From Spirochaetia bacterium (GTDB lineage Bacteria > Spirochaetota > Spirochaetia > WTKD01 > G963693115), in NCBI GenBank assembly GCA_965226055.1, contig CBDDCA010000005.1, positions 662,940-726,939 of the forward strand: DNA of 64,000 nt. The letters are read 5' to 3'. The position numbers and the translations under genes were made by a program. This document shows positions 40,463 to 51,203 of this stretch, piece after piece. Numbering within the stretch: position 1 is the stretch's first letter; every line of letters begins with the position of its first letter. The notes beneath the pieces are model-generated. The model worked only from the letters and a program-made list of their open reading frames with translations, was not told the DNA's origin and searched no databases.

Positions 40463-43400
40463 CTAACATTGCAATATATGTAAGATATAGTCAATACTCA
40501 CTGCTTGTCTATAATTTTTATTTTTTTGTAACAACATATCTCTAAAATACCTATATTTTTCTGTATCATTCATACCATAAAAACCAAGCATCAAAGAAAA
40601 TATACATTTTTCATGGAACTCTTTCTGCCTATCTATTTCATATACATTAAAATCAGGCATAGATACTGCAAAAAAATCTTCTTGTAATTGCTTATCTTTA
40701 TTTCTTTCGCCAAAACTAATCAGCTGATAACATAACTTATTGGCAGAAACTTCATCGTTGATCTTTCTGTGTGCCATAGCTTGATAAAACACATACTCTA
40801 ACGGAGCGTCATTATAATAGCTTGTAGCGTTTATTTCAGCACGACCCTTTGTTGCATATCGAAACGATGTAATAGCATCTTCTGTATGATGGGCTTTTTC
40901 TTGTATACAGCCTAAAATATAGTATATATCATTATCTGTTGTATTTATAAGTTTTCCTTCATTGATAGTATCAGGATATACTAAGGCGTTTTTTAAGAGA
41001 GAAATAGCTTGTTCATAGTGTCCTTTTATATATTCTTGTAACGATACTCCTATACTTGCTGCAACAAAACACTCGGATACTTTTCCTTCTCCTCCTTCCC
41101 AAGGATGAAACTCATGCTGTATAATATGATCCAACACTTCTTGGTACTTATGAAGAAGTAACTGCGTTTGCATCCACTCTATGAGTATATCATCACGGGT
41201 AAGGGTATACGCATCAAATTTCTCAAATATCACATTTCGCTGTTCTGCAGATACACCATTCATTCGTAACAAATAGTAATACTCAAACACTGTTCTTGCA
41301 CTGTACTGCGGGCTAGTAAGCTCAAGTGCTTTTTGTATCTCTGTCAGTGCTTTGTCTCCCAATTTCTTTTTGTTGTACAAGTAGATGCTGCAATTTCTTC
41401 TTGCGGGTGCGTAATGCGACAATGCATTCCAACACATGTATGCTTCATCGTAGCGCTTTCTATCGTAGAGTAAATTTCCCAAGTGGTATTGAGCAAGACT
41501 GTCTGACTTTTGTGACACTGCAAACTGTAGCACCATATAATCACTTTCCTTATTAGGAAAATGGAGAAAATTATTACATGTTTCTGCTTTTTCTAAGATA
41601 GCATCGTACGGTAACTGTTGTACATGTAACAGATACGCTAAAGAATAATACTGCATAGGATCTTGATTCTCTGGAATCTTTTTTACAATATCCGAAGCAA
41701 ATGCATAATCTCCCCATAAAGCATACTGAAATGCAGTCGATAAAAGGTTATGCGTATCTTTGCGTAACAGAGAGAGCCATGCCTCCGATATGCCATTTCC
41801 TTCTAGTAAAGATTGCTCTAATGTCAATATCATATGCAGTGGTTGTTTTGTCATTATTGACTGCAAGTATTCTCTCGCTTTGTCCTGTTGAGAAAGATTT
41901 CTCAGTATATACAATCGTAATCCTTGTGCTTGCCAGTTTTTTCCTTGTTCATCTAATGCTTTATCAACATGTTCAAGTGCCTGATACCATTGTCGTGTTC
42001 TACAATAGATAATTGAAATATAATACAAAGACGATGCTTTATAATTCTGAGACCACGTTGATTTATAAAAACAATTTAGAGCTTCTTTTTCTCTCTTTAG
42101 ATGAAACAAAGCCAGTCCTTTTAAGTACGATGCTTCTCCATCTATTGGGTTGGTATTATACATAGTTTGACGTTTTAGTGCAGTAGAAATATATTTTAAC
42201 GCATCATCATATAGAAAAGAGCGTAAACATATACGTGCCATTGCCACATTTGCACGATAATTATGAGGATCACGTGCTATCATTTCTTTATAATACTCCT
42301 CTGCTTCTAAAGAAGGATTACGATACAACTCAATATGCTGACCTATCAAAAATAACTCATCCTCATGCTGAACTTCTTTAGGAGATGGTGGACTGCTTGC
42401 TGGTTCTGGTATTTCTTCTAAGCTCCATTTTTTTGCCTTGTATTCTAAAATAGTTTGCCCGTATTCATCTTTGATACACATGTGTATATCTTCTTCTTTA
42501 CACTCTACATCGTATGTTCTTTCCCATACTATTTTTGGATGCAGAGAAATAGTCTCAGAACAGAGTACTGTACCTTTTACCATTATTTCTACACATACAT
42601 TATGTTCATTTCCAAAAGAAAGAATACCTGCACTCAGTACTGTTTTTTCTTTCTGTAACAACAGTTCGCATTTCAAAGCCATTCGATTACTTGCGTTATG
42701 AACACGACCTAAATTACGATACGGCATAAAATATTGAACAAACTCTTTTTCTTCATATGGATCAAGCCAAGTAAAATCTGGCTGATTATCTGTATATACT
42801 CCCGTCATCAATTCTATGTAAGGGCCATCTTCATCAGTCAAATTTCTATCCCACACTTGACCAAAATCCCCGTTCCCCCATGTCCACTGTTTTTTTCCTG
42901 GTGCTATATGTCTATTTGCAACATGAAGCAAGCCACCTTGCTCTTCATGGACATATGCTCCTACAAAATCATAATCAGATTTCCATGCCATATAAGAGGT
43001 AGGAACAGGTATATTTTTATACTGTGATATGTCCACTCCTGCACTATAATCTGCTTTATAGTACTCCTGTGTTGCCATAGGAAAACTACTCACATCTCTT
43101 TTTCCATGATCATATACTGCAGTAACATCGGGCGGAAATATTGATTGATGACCATTCCCTGCTTTTACTGCAGGGTTAGCCCACCATAAGAAATTTTGTG
43201 GTAAAGAAGAAGTATTAAAAATTCTCCCACTCAATTCTATATAGCTTTTATCGGAATACAAACGCACACAAAGACTTTGCTGCAACCCATTCATTCGTTC
43301 CAACTCCCCAAGATACACAGCAACACTAAAATCTTTTTCTTCTATAAAATATTCTACTGGTTCAAAAGTAGAGGGGCGATGATGTTGTGGCCAATTAAAC

Positions 43401-43741
43401 TCAATACCCCCAGAAATCCATGGCCCCGTAAGCCCCACTAATGCAGGCTTGATTACCTGATTATGATAAATACAATGACGTTCTTTTATTTTGTCATATG
43501 CTATTTGAATTCTCCCTCCAAGTTCAGGCAGTATCACTACTTTGATATAATCATTCTCTAAAGTTATTGCAATATACTCTTTATCGTGCTTTTTTCCTGT
43601 AAGCCGATCTGTTACCCTATAAGGATATACCTTTCCAGAAGAACCTTGATACGCACGTTTCTCTAAAAATAAAGGAAGAGGCTCAGATTCCCCTAAAAGA
43701 TAAGTAGGTATTGTCACCATTTCTTGTTTAATACTAATCAC
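40463..43741 (-). CDS. yphG: DUF5107 + TPR protein (YphG-like)
   Basis: YQGSSGKVYPY, GPWISGGIEFNWPQHHRP, WWANPA, HPWEGGEGKV; 1092 aa; precedes sugar ABC operon. Confidence 0.8.
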   Translation of the reverse strand: MISIKQEMVTIPTYLLGESEPLPLFLEKRAYQGSSGKVYPYRVTDRLTGKKHDKEYIAITLENDYIKVVILPELGGRIQIAYDKIKERHCIYHNQVIKPALVGLTGPWISGGIEFNWPQHHRPSTFEPVEYFIEEKDFSVAVYLGELERMNGLQQSLCVRLYSDKSYIELSGRIFNTSSLPQNFLWWANPAVKAGNGHQSIFPPDVTAVYDHGKRDVSSFPMATQEYYKADYSAGVDISQYKNIPVPTSYMAWKSDYDFVGAYVHEEQGGLLHVANRHIAPGKKQWTWGNGDFGQVWDRNLTDEDGPYIELMTGVYTDNQPDFTWLDPYEEKEFVQYFMPYRNLGRVHNASNRMALKCELLLQKEKTVLSAGILSFGNEHNVCVEIMVKGTVLCSETISLHPKIVWERTYDVECKEEDIHMCIKDEYGQTILEYKAKKWSLEEIPEPASSPPSPKEVQHEDELFLIGQHIELYRNPSLEAEEYYKEMIARDPHNYRANVAMARICLRSFLYDDALKYISTALKRQTMYNTNPIDGEASYLKGLALFHLKREKEALNCFYKSTWSQNYKASSLYYISIIYCRTRQWYQALEHVDKALDEQGKNWQAQGLRLYILRNLSQQDKAREYLQSIMTKQPLHMILTLEQSLLEGNGISEAWLSLLRKDTHNLLSTAFQYALWGDYAFASDIVKKIPENQDPMQYYSLAYLLHVQQLPYDAILEKAETCNNFLHFPNKESDYMVLQFAVSQKSDSLAQYHLGNLLYDRKRYDEAYMCWNALSHYAPARRNCSIYLYNKKKLGDKALTEIQKALELTSPQYSARTVFEYYYLLRMNGVSAEQRNVIFEKFDAYTLTRDDILIEWMQTQLLLHKYQEVLDHIIQHEFHPWEGGEGKVSECFVAASIGVSLQEYIKGHYEQAISLLKNALVYPDTINEGKLINTTDNDIYYILGCIQEKAHHTEDAITSFRYATKGRAEINATSYYNDAPLEYVFYQAMAHRKINDEVSANKLCYQLISFGERNKDKQLQEDFFAVSMPDFNVYEIDRQKEFHEKCIFSLMLGFYGMNDTEKYRYFRDMLLQKNKNYRQAVSIDYILHILQC

Positions 43742-44344
43742 ATATGTCTCCTAGTTGTATTGTACTGTATATATTCTCATGGAGTATATCTTAGCATATA
43801 ATAATGATATTCCCATTATCTGTTATAGTAAGAGTGAGAGTTTACAAGTCCTTTGTATACTACAATATATTACAGTATACTATGCTCTATAAGCTAGTAA
43901 GTTTTTACAATTCCAGTATCTTACTAGCTACTCTACTACTATGTACTGGCGTACATATGTATCTCTGTAGGCTTCACAAATTGAAATAGCAGGGATTCTC
44001 TGCTTCTTTGAAATACCCCCACTCTATACTCTCTCTCCTTGATACCCTCTTTATATTACTCTTGTCTATTTTCTTGCCTTTTTCTTATGATATGAAAAAT
44101 AATTATTAAAACAATGGCTAACTCAATACATGCTATAACTAACAATACAATTATTCTTTTCAAAATTATTACTTTCTGCCAATAGGTAAAAAAGTGAATA
44201 AAATAAACCACAAACCTTAAAAACATTATTCCTCTTTAATTATGTAATATCTATCTTGCTAGTCATTTGTGCATAGTTTCGTACTATAAGCAAGAACGAG
44301 AATTTGCAAGTCCCCTGTATATTACAGTATACTACAGTATATTA

Positions 44345-44857
44345 CTACTCTATGAGAGGAACATCACTGAGAAAATTCTCTGCAAGATGAAGCAATAACT
44401 GTTGCTGATAATCAAAAATAAAAGAATGTACAGTATACGCATCCTGTGTTTCTTCTGTATCAGGGCTACTTGCATCCGATGTCGCTTGAATGGGAGTACA
44501 AAGAATAAGCCTTGCATCATGTATACTAAAGAGAGAGCGTAAAAAAGGCACTTTCTTTGGTTTTCTCCATGCTTGTACCGATGAAAAAAACACTTCTACC
44601 CAGTAGGCACTTTGCCCTTCAATATTGAACATGCTTGCTATCCAATTTTGATGAGGAAAACGATACAGAAATATCCCTTTCTCAGTAATATAACTTACTC
44701 CCCATATCTTCTCTTTCTTTTTCGGCAACGAGGGGGCTACTAATTCATTTGAAGTAGTATGCATATACTGCCCCATACCATAGCCTAGTACTGTACCATG
44801 CTTCTCTTCTGCTTTTCTCCAGAACTCTTCTTTTCTATTGGGTTCTAATGTTTGCAT
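44345..44857 (-). CDS. Hypothetical protein
   Basis: 170-aa ORF with AGGA RBS. Confidence 0.55.
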   Translation of the reverse strand: MQTLEPNRKEEFWRKAEEKHGTVLGYGMGQYMHTTSNELVAPSLPKKKEKIWGVSYITEKGIFLYRFPHQNWIASMFNIEGQSAYWVEVFFSSVQAWRKPKKVPFLRSLFSIHDARLILCTPIQATSDASSPDTEETQDAYTVHSFIFDYQQQLLLHLAENFLSDVPLIE

Positions 44858-45002
44858 ACATATCCTACTTTACTTTTATAGAAGAGTAATCTTTACTAGA
44901 GATTGCAACAACTATGGCTACTCATTATCTTATACTATAGTATAAAAGTATATTTACACTATAGTCAAAGTGTCCTTCATTGTCAAGAATGCTATAAAGT
45001 AT

Positions 45003-45023
45003 ATTGCGGATTCATGGAGTATT
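45003..45023 (-). repeat. Dispersed repeat core copy
   Basis: rc AATACTCCATGAATCCGCAAT. Confidence 0.45.
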
Positions 45024-45087
45024 ACTCTCTCGTACGCTCTATCAAAGATGCCTTAGAAACACTTTTTTGCTACTCTTGAGGTATACT

Positions 45088-48000
45088 CTATGATGAGCAC
45101 GCTGCACTACCTTTAATCTTCGGATACTTGCTTGTTTTGCCAGACATAGCCGAACCTGAGAATTCGTCAAAATTTATTTTTCGTATCTTACACCATTTCC
45201 ATGATGATAAATCTTGATCAAATGCAGAAGCATCATTAAACATATAAGATGCCTTAGCAACTTTACTCACGTTCCAGTTTCCTATATTCTGATTAAAGGC
45301 ACTCGCTCTTGCAAACATACCTTGCATCTCAGTAACTTTACTCACGTTCCAGTTTCCTATATTCTGATCAAAGGCAATTGCTGCATCAAACATACTGATC
45401 ATACTAGTAACTTTACTCACATCCCAACTTCCTATATTTTGATTAAAAGCAGAAGCATCAATAAACATATTACCCATACTAACAACTTTTCCTGTATCCC
45501 AATCTCCTATATTTTGATTAAAAACACTTGCTCCCCAAAACATAGAAGTCATATTAGTAACATTACTTACATTCCACTGTGTTATGTCTCCATTAAAAGT
45601 ACTATCATCCTCAAATAAACTATTCATATCAGTCATGGCACTCGTATCTACCATGTTGAGATTGGGGCTAGGGTTATTGCTTTGCCCTGCAGTAGCTTGC
45701 CTTGTTTTTTCTTCTCTGATAATAGTTTTGAGCTGTGAATTTGTTGTTGATCTATAATAGGTAGCTGCTTTTCCTGATGGTGCTGTTCTTAGTTCTGTCT
45801 GTATCACGATAGTCGCTGGCACTTTTTTCTTTGAAGCAGTAAAGGTACACTGCACTACAGTATAGCTATATTCAGTAATACTAGGGTCATGTATATTGGA
45901 TTTGTTTGCTATGCCTGTTATAGTAACTGTTTTGCTACTCTGATTAAACGATACTGCTAGCCCTGTCTCTTTTTTGATTTTCTTTGCATCTGCCTCTAGT
46001 ATGTTTGTATCACAGGTAAAGGCAGAGTTACTAGTAAGTACTCTTGTAATATTTATTGCTGGTGTTTTGCCTACTTCTGCTGAGACTACTGTAGTGTTTC
46101 CTATAGATATTGCTCTTGCTTCAAACTCATGGCGTTCTCCTGTTGATATTTTTGTGTCATCGGTGCTGTTTACTGCTTGTACTACTATTTCGTAGGTCGT
46201 TCCGTTTGTCAATCCTGTCAGAGTAGTGTTTGTTGTTCCTGCTGCTACTGTTGTGGGGCTTGAGTCTGCATTTTTTATCGCTGCTACACTTCTTGCACTG
46301 CCATCTTTGGCTACCTTGTATACCTTATACGATACTTGTGCGACTGTTAGAGTGTCTCCTGTATTTGCTTTATGGCTTGCACTGAGGCTGGGAGCTGTCC
46401 ACGATACTCTCATGCCTGTCTGGGCTACTATTGTTTGTATGCTTGATACTTCTGCGGGGGCTGTCGCTTGTGATGCGGTTGTTACACTTGCCACTGTTGA
46501 GGATGCTACTTTCTTGCTAGGATCTGTTTTTACTGCTACTTCTACCACAAAGTAATACTTTGTCGCTCCTTTTACTGCTATCACTGGATCTGCATCCGAA
46601 GACAAACCTAAACTGCTAAGGGCTGGTACTGTGTACACTCCGCTACTTGCACTGCCTATGTTTATCTTTCTGCCTGAAAGTACTTCTGCTACTGTTGGAG
46701 TTGTAGCTTTCTGCAAGCCGTACACGGTGTATACTAGCTGATTGCTTGCTGTTATGCTTGTGCCATCGTAGTCTTTTGCTCCTGTAAATGTTTTTAGCTC
46801 GGTAAGTACCAGCTTTATTGTTCCTGCAGTATTTGTTGACGGGGATACTACCAGCTTTCCTGCTAGTAATGACTGATTTGGTGCTACTGCTTTGGAAGTG
46901 TAGACTTCTTTTATTTCTGTTACATCAGTGTAAAAGCCTGCAGGAAAGAGCTTGTCACTATTTGTTGCATCATAATTGGAGGATGTTGTGTTTACTATCC
47001 TTACTCCTATATAGTAGTCTTTTGCTGTTTCTATGGGCGTTGCTCCTGCATTGCTTCCACTGGTACTGTCTACTATTGGTATGGATATTGTGTCTTGAGT
47101 TGTTCCTGCTGCTTTTGTGTATTTTGCTACCTTTACACTACTTTTCTCTATCGCCCATAGTGCCGATACACTGGCAGGCTTTCCTGTGGTATCTTCTTTC
47201 TTGAGGTATAGCACATAGTATGCAAGGTCTGTCGCTGCAAGAGGAGTACTATCCGCTTTGCTCACTCCTGCTATGTCTGAGGCATTTACTTGCACTGTTA
47301 TGACTTTTTTTCCGCTATTGCTTCCTGTTGTAGGCACTGCAAATACTACTGCATTATTTGTAGTATAGGTTGTTACTTTTGGTGTGCTTGGGGGAGCAGT
47401 AAGTATTGCTGTTTTTATTGTTGCTGATAATCCTATGCTATACGATGGATTGAGGCTGTTTATTGCTTCTACTCCTGCAGTGTATGTTGCAGCTTTCTTT
47501 CCTATAAATCTTACTTGTAAGGTACTGTCTCCTGCTATATTCTGTGTTTGTACTCCTGCAAGGCCTTTTATTGCCTCTAGTGTTTTTGTGCTGTGGTCTC
47601 CTTCTGCTATGTATACTTTGTACTGTATTTGTGCTTGCTCTAGTTTGTTTCCATTAGGAGCTTTGTTGGTATCAGTAATGTCTCCTGCACTAAATGTATA
47701 GACTGCTGTTGCTGTTACTTGGGTTACTGACTCTACGGAGAGCTTTGCATCTTTTGCAGCGGGCGGTGCTGTCGAGGTACTATCGTATACTGCCACAGTA
47801 TCGGCAAGAGTAGTTACAGGGCTTACTATGTTATTTGCTATTGTCAAAAAGGTAAAGCGATAATTCTTGGCATTTGCTTGTACCTTAGGTACTTCCAAGC
47901 CATCTGCTATCCCAAAAGTAATGGCTGTTACACTTCCTGTTATGCTTTTTTCTGCTACCAGTGTAGCTCCATCGTACATACGCAAAGTATAGTAGCTTCC

Positions 48001-49881
48001 TATGCCTGGAGCTTGCTTAAAAGTTGCTTTTATCTGTATTGCTCCTGTTGTGTCTAAGCTAGGCTTGTTTTGAAAAAGATCTTCTGACGGAGCTGTGGGT
48101 TGCGGAGTAGTTATGTCTTTTGTCGCTTGGCTACTTTTGTTTCCTGCATAGTCTATTGCTTGTATTGTTATAGTATATGTTTTACCTTGCGTGAGTTCTT
48201 CTACAGAGAGTGACTTTGTGGGATAGGGTATTTTCTTCTCGCTCAGTACTGAGGTGCTTGTATCTTTCTCTGCTATGCTTATACTGTACTCTTTTATGTC
48301 TTTGTTATTGGCTTTTGTTGTATCGGGGGCTGTCCATGTTATCTGTGTGCCTATCTTTGTGGGTGATACAAAGGGATAGCTTGCTTGTATGTTTGTTACT
48401 GCATCGGGGGCTGTGCCATCATCTACTGTGGTGGTGGTTGCTGTTATTTTTGCTCCTTTGTTGCCTGTGTAATCTTGTGATTGTACTGCTATGCTGTATT
48501 CAGTGGTAGCTTTTAGTCCTGTTATCTGCGTGTTTCTTAGTGTTCTCTCTGTTATTGTTACTGTCTTTGCAGGGCTGTTCTTTTCTGTTACTGTTATAGT
48601 CACTCCTGCATAGTCTCTTACATCGGGGGCTTGCCAGCCTACTACTATGCTATCTGCTCCTCCTATGGCACTCACATTGCTTACAGGCTCTGTGCTTTTG
48701 TCTGTTGTTGCTTGTTCTTTTGACACTGCAGTGGAATACTTTCCGTTTTTAGAGACATACACTTCTACTTTGTAAGTAAGCGTGCCGTAGAGTTTTGTGA
48801 GGGCAATGCCGTCCTTTGCTACATACACAGTGGCGTACTCTTGATTGTCTGCACTTGCAGAACTGAGTTTGGCTGTACTGCTATTGCTCACTGTTTCGTA
48901 TGCTATGAGAGTATTTGTTGCTGTTGCTATCACTCGTACTTGCAGGCTTTTTCCTGTACTAAAATCAAAGTTATTCCCCCACTGAATAAGCAGGCTTTCA
49001 TCGGCTGGGCTATTGCTTTTATCATTTGCTGTTACTGTAAGATCTGCCTCTGGCAGTGCTGCTACTGTTTGCGAGAGTGCTGATGGCACTATGCCTCTGA
49101 GTACTTGCTTTGCCGTGCTTTCGTTGCCATTGCTATCTCTGTATACTACTGTTACATCATAGCTGATGCCGTCTATAGTAGGAACAGCAATAGTTACTTC
49201 TCCTTGTGTTACATCTTGTACTGTTACTTCTTTTTTTACATTAGTGGTGCTTTCTATCACCTGTATTATTGCTTCTGCTATGTCTGTTTTGCCTAACGAT
49301 AGCAGTGCTTTGTCCCATGTTATCTTTATACTATCGTTTTGGGCTTTCGTTACTGCTAACCGTGTAAAGGTGTCCTGCGGTGCAGTTTCATCGGTTAGTG
49401 TTGTCACAGAGTGTATTGTTTTTGGTGATACTTCTGAGGCTGAGCCTGAGTCTGATTTTTGGGCTTCTATCTCTACAGTATAATCGGTGATAGCATACAA
49501 GCCTCTGAGCATGTAAGGTTTATCTTGTTGAAATAATGTGCGGTATTCTATTGCAGGAACACGCACTTGTATGGACTGTGCTGGTGTTGTTGATATAGCT
49601 TTTACGACTACATGTGTGGCCTCGCTTGGAGCTTCCCAGCGTAATGAAAGTGTCCCGTCATTGCTTGCTGCTTGTATCCACACATTGGATAATGATGCGA
49701 GCGTTGGGGTTACTGAATTTCCCCCTCCTCCTGACGAAGAGCTGCTACTACTCTCTTCACATCCTACTAGCATGAGGGTAGTCATTGCTAGCACTAAAAA
49801 TAATGCAACTAGAGTTATACTATACTTACTTTGTAGCTTACTATTTATCTGATAGTTTAGTTTTTCATTACTTTTTTTCAT
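45088..49881 (-). CDS. Large surface lipoprotein: FN3-like stalk + DUF285/BspA-like repeats (paralogue 2)
   Basis: Same N-terminus MKKSNEKLNYQ and architecture as 29253-33866. Confidence 0.88.
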   Translation of the reverse strand: MKKSNEKLNYQINSKLQSKYSITLVALFLVLAMTTLMLVGCEESSSSSSSGGGGNSVTPTLASLSNVWIQAASNDGTLSLRWEAPSEATHVVVKAISTTPAQSIQVRVPAIEYRTLFQQDKPYMLRGLYAITDYTVEIEAQKSDSGSASEVSPKTIHSVTTLTDETAPQDTFTRLAVTKAQNDSIKITWDKALLSLGKTDIAEAIIQVIESTTNVKKEVTVQDVTQGEVTIAVPTIDGISYDVTVVYRDSNGNESTAKQVLRGIVPSALSQTVAALPEADLTVTANDKSNSPADESLLIQWGNNFDFSTGKSLQVRVIATATNTLIAYETVSNSSTAKLSSASADNQEYATVYVAKDGIALTKLYGTLTYKVEVYVSKNGKYSTAVSKEQATTDKSTEPVSNVSAIGGADSIVVGWQAPDVRDYAGVTITVTEKNSPAKTVTITERTLRNTQITGLKATTEYSIAVQSQDYTGNKGAKITATTTTVDDGTAPDAVTNIQASYPFVSPTKIGTQITWTAPDTTKANNKDIKEYSISIAEKDTSTSVLSEKKIPYPTKSLSVEELTQGKTYTITIQAIDYAGNKSSQATKDITTPQPTAPSEDLFQNKPSLDTTGAIQIKATFKQAPGIGSYYTLRMYDGATLVAEKSITGSVTAITFGIADGLEVPKVQANAKNYRFTFLTIANNIVSPVTTLADTVAVYDSTSTAPPAAKDAKLSVESVTQVTATAVYTFSAGDITDTNKAPNGNKLEQAQIQYKVYIAEGDHSTKTLEAIKGLAGVQTQNIAGDSTLQVRFIGKKAATYTAGVEAINSLNPSYSIGLSATIKTAILTAPPSTPKVTTYTTNNAVVFAVPTTGSNSGKKVITVQVNASDIAGVSKADSTPLAATDLAYYVLYLKKEDTTGKPASVSALWAIEKSSVKVAKYTKAAGTTQDTISIPIVDSTSGSNAGATPIETAKDYYIGVRIVNTTSSNYDATNSDKLFPAGFYTDVTEIKEVYTSKAVAPNQSLLAGKLVVSPSTNTAGTIKLVLTELKTFTGAKDYDGTSITASNQLVYTVYGLQKATTPTVAEVLSGRKINIGSASSGVYTVPALSSLGLSSDADPVIAVKGATKYYFVVEVAVKTDPSKKVASSTVASVTTASQATAPAEVSSIQTIVAQTGMRVSWTAPSLSASHKANTGDTLTVAQVSYKVYKVAKDGSARSVAAIKNADSSPTTVAAGTTNTTLTGLTNGTTYEIVVQAVNSTDDTKISTGERHEFEARAISIGNTTVVSAEVGKTPAINITRVLTSNSAFTCDTNILEADAKKIKKETGLAVSFNQSSKTVTITGIANKSNIHDPSITEYSYTVVQCTFTASKKKVPATIVIQTELRTAPSGKAATYYRSTTNSQLKTIIREEKTRQATAGQSNNPSPNLNMVDTSAMTDMNSLFEDDSTFNGDITQWNVSNVTNMTSMFWGASVFNQNIGDWDTGKVVSMGNMFIDASAFNQNIGSWDVSKVTSMISMFDAAIAFDQNIGNWNVSKVTEMQGMFARASAFNQNIGNWNVSKVAKASYMFNDASAFDQDLSSWKWCKIRKINFDEFSGSAMSGKTSKYPKIKGSAACSS

Positions 49882-49991
49882 AATAATTTCCTTATAATTA
49901 TCTATTTATTGTATAATTACCATTATACACAGTACACAAGTATCATTATAGCAAAAATATTATTTTTTGTGATATATCTGAAAAAGAAAAA

Positions 49992-50068
49992 CACGAGTTC
50001 AAGGATTAAATACGACAAAGGAGCAAAAAAAAGAGCAAGGAAAATAAAAATTAGTCCTTGAATCCGCA
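49992..50068. repeat. Dispersed repeat (rc copy) followed by forward core, forming an inverted-repeat-bounded element
   Basis: GAGTTCAAGGATTAA ... TTAGTCCTTGAATCC. Confidence 0.75.
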
Positions 50069-50131
50069 TATTATTTGCTATTTTCTCTACACATATTCAA
50101 TCAACACTCTCTCTAATAAAGTATTCTCTAT

Positions 50132-51169
50132 ATGAAAGTACCTATTATAGTATGCATGATACTGTGTATATCACTGGCAAGTTCATGCAAATTATCGACA
50201 AAACTATGGAATGGAGGAGACACTAGCCCTCCTCTGTTAGAACAATCTACGATAACTACTGATGCATTGGAGCTGTACTTCAATGAACCTATACAAGAAG
50301 AAGTTATATTTAGATTGCCACAAGAACATGAACATATTATTTCATCTATATCAGTCTTACAAAAAAAGATACGAGTTACCTTAACTTCAACTATTGCAGG
50401 AAAAGAATATCAATTTGAAACTACTGTGCATGACATTACAGGAAACTCAAGCATTATTGTTGATAGTTTTTATGGACATAATGAACGAGTACCTACCATG
50501 CTTATTAGTGAATTTATATGTGAAGGAAGCAAAACTAACGGAGATAAAATAGAACTGGCTATACTGAGTGATGGCAATACTGCAGGCATGGTATTACAAG
50601 AAGGGATAGGCAACACCATTACTTTAGCAGTTACTTTGCCAGCTTTAGAAGTAAAGAAAGGAGAATTTATTGTAGTACATCTGCGTCCCTATCCTCAAGA
50701 AAATATACAGAGCGAGCTAAAACATATAGCAGAGTCCACACACAAACAGGCGTACACTACTGCGTGGGATGTATTTTCTACACAGGATAAAGGTATTTCA
50801 AATACAAACGCAACACTTGTGCTACTCTCCCACCCTAAGGGAGCTGTTATGGATGCAGTACTATACTCTACAAAAACAGATAAAGCAGAGGCTTCTTACA
50901 AAGGCTTTGGAACGAACAAAACATATTATTGGGCACAACAGCTACTTGCAACGAAAGCATGGGGTACCACAAACAATAACGGAGAAACAGAGCAAGTTAT
51001 AGCAAAACCATCACTTGCAGTAAATCCGTACCATAGCACTACTACACGATCAATAAGCCGTAATGCTCAACTTGATGATACCAATACAAAAAGAGATTGG
51101 CATATTACTCCTACCCGTGGCTCAACTTTCGGGAAACAAAATACAGATGAAGAATATTCAAAGCAATAA
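50132..51169 (+). CDS. Lipoprotein, Ig-like + lamin-tail-like domain
   Basis: LASSC lipobox; DTSPP, LYFNEP; LISEF..DKIEL..; WHITPTRGSTFG. Confidence 0.6.
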   Translation: MKVPIIVCMILCISLASSCKLSTKLWNGGDTSPPLLEQSTITTDALELYFNEPIQEEVIFRLPQEHEHIISSISVLQKKIRVTLTSTIAGKEYQFETTVHDITGNSSIIVDSFYGHNERVPTMLISEFICEGSKTNGDKIELAILSDGNTAGMVLQEGIGNTITLAVTLPALEVKKGEFIVVHLRPYPQENIQSELKHIAESTHKQAYTTAWDVFSTQDKGISNTNATLVLLSHPKGAVMDAVLYSTKTDKAEASYKGFGTNKTYYWAQQLLATKAWGTTNNNGETEQVIAKPSLAVNPYHSTTTRSISRNAQLDDTNTKRDWHITPTRGSTFGKQNTDEEYSKQ

Positions 51170-51191
51170 AGATATAATGCAATTATATCTT
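51169..51191. terminator. Hairpin between convergent genes
   Basis: AAGATATAAT-GCA-ATTATATCTT. Confidence 0.5.
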
Positions 51192-51203
51192 CTTATATAT
51201 AAT

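Noticed and set aside
29382-49852. Many + strand ORFs antisense to the lipoprotein, ara and yphG genes
   Set aside because: Shadow ORFs arising from biased codon use on the coding strand
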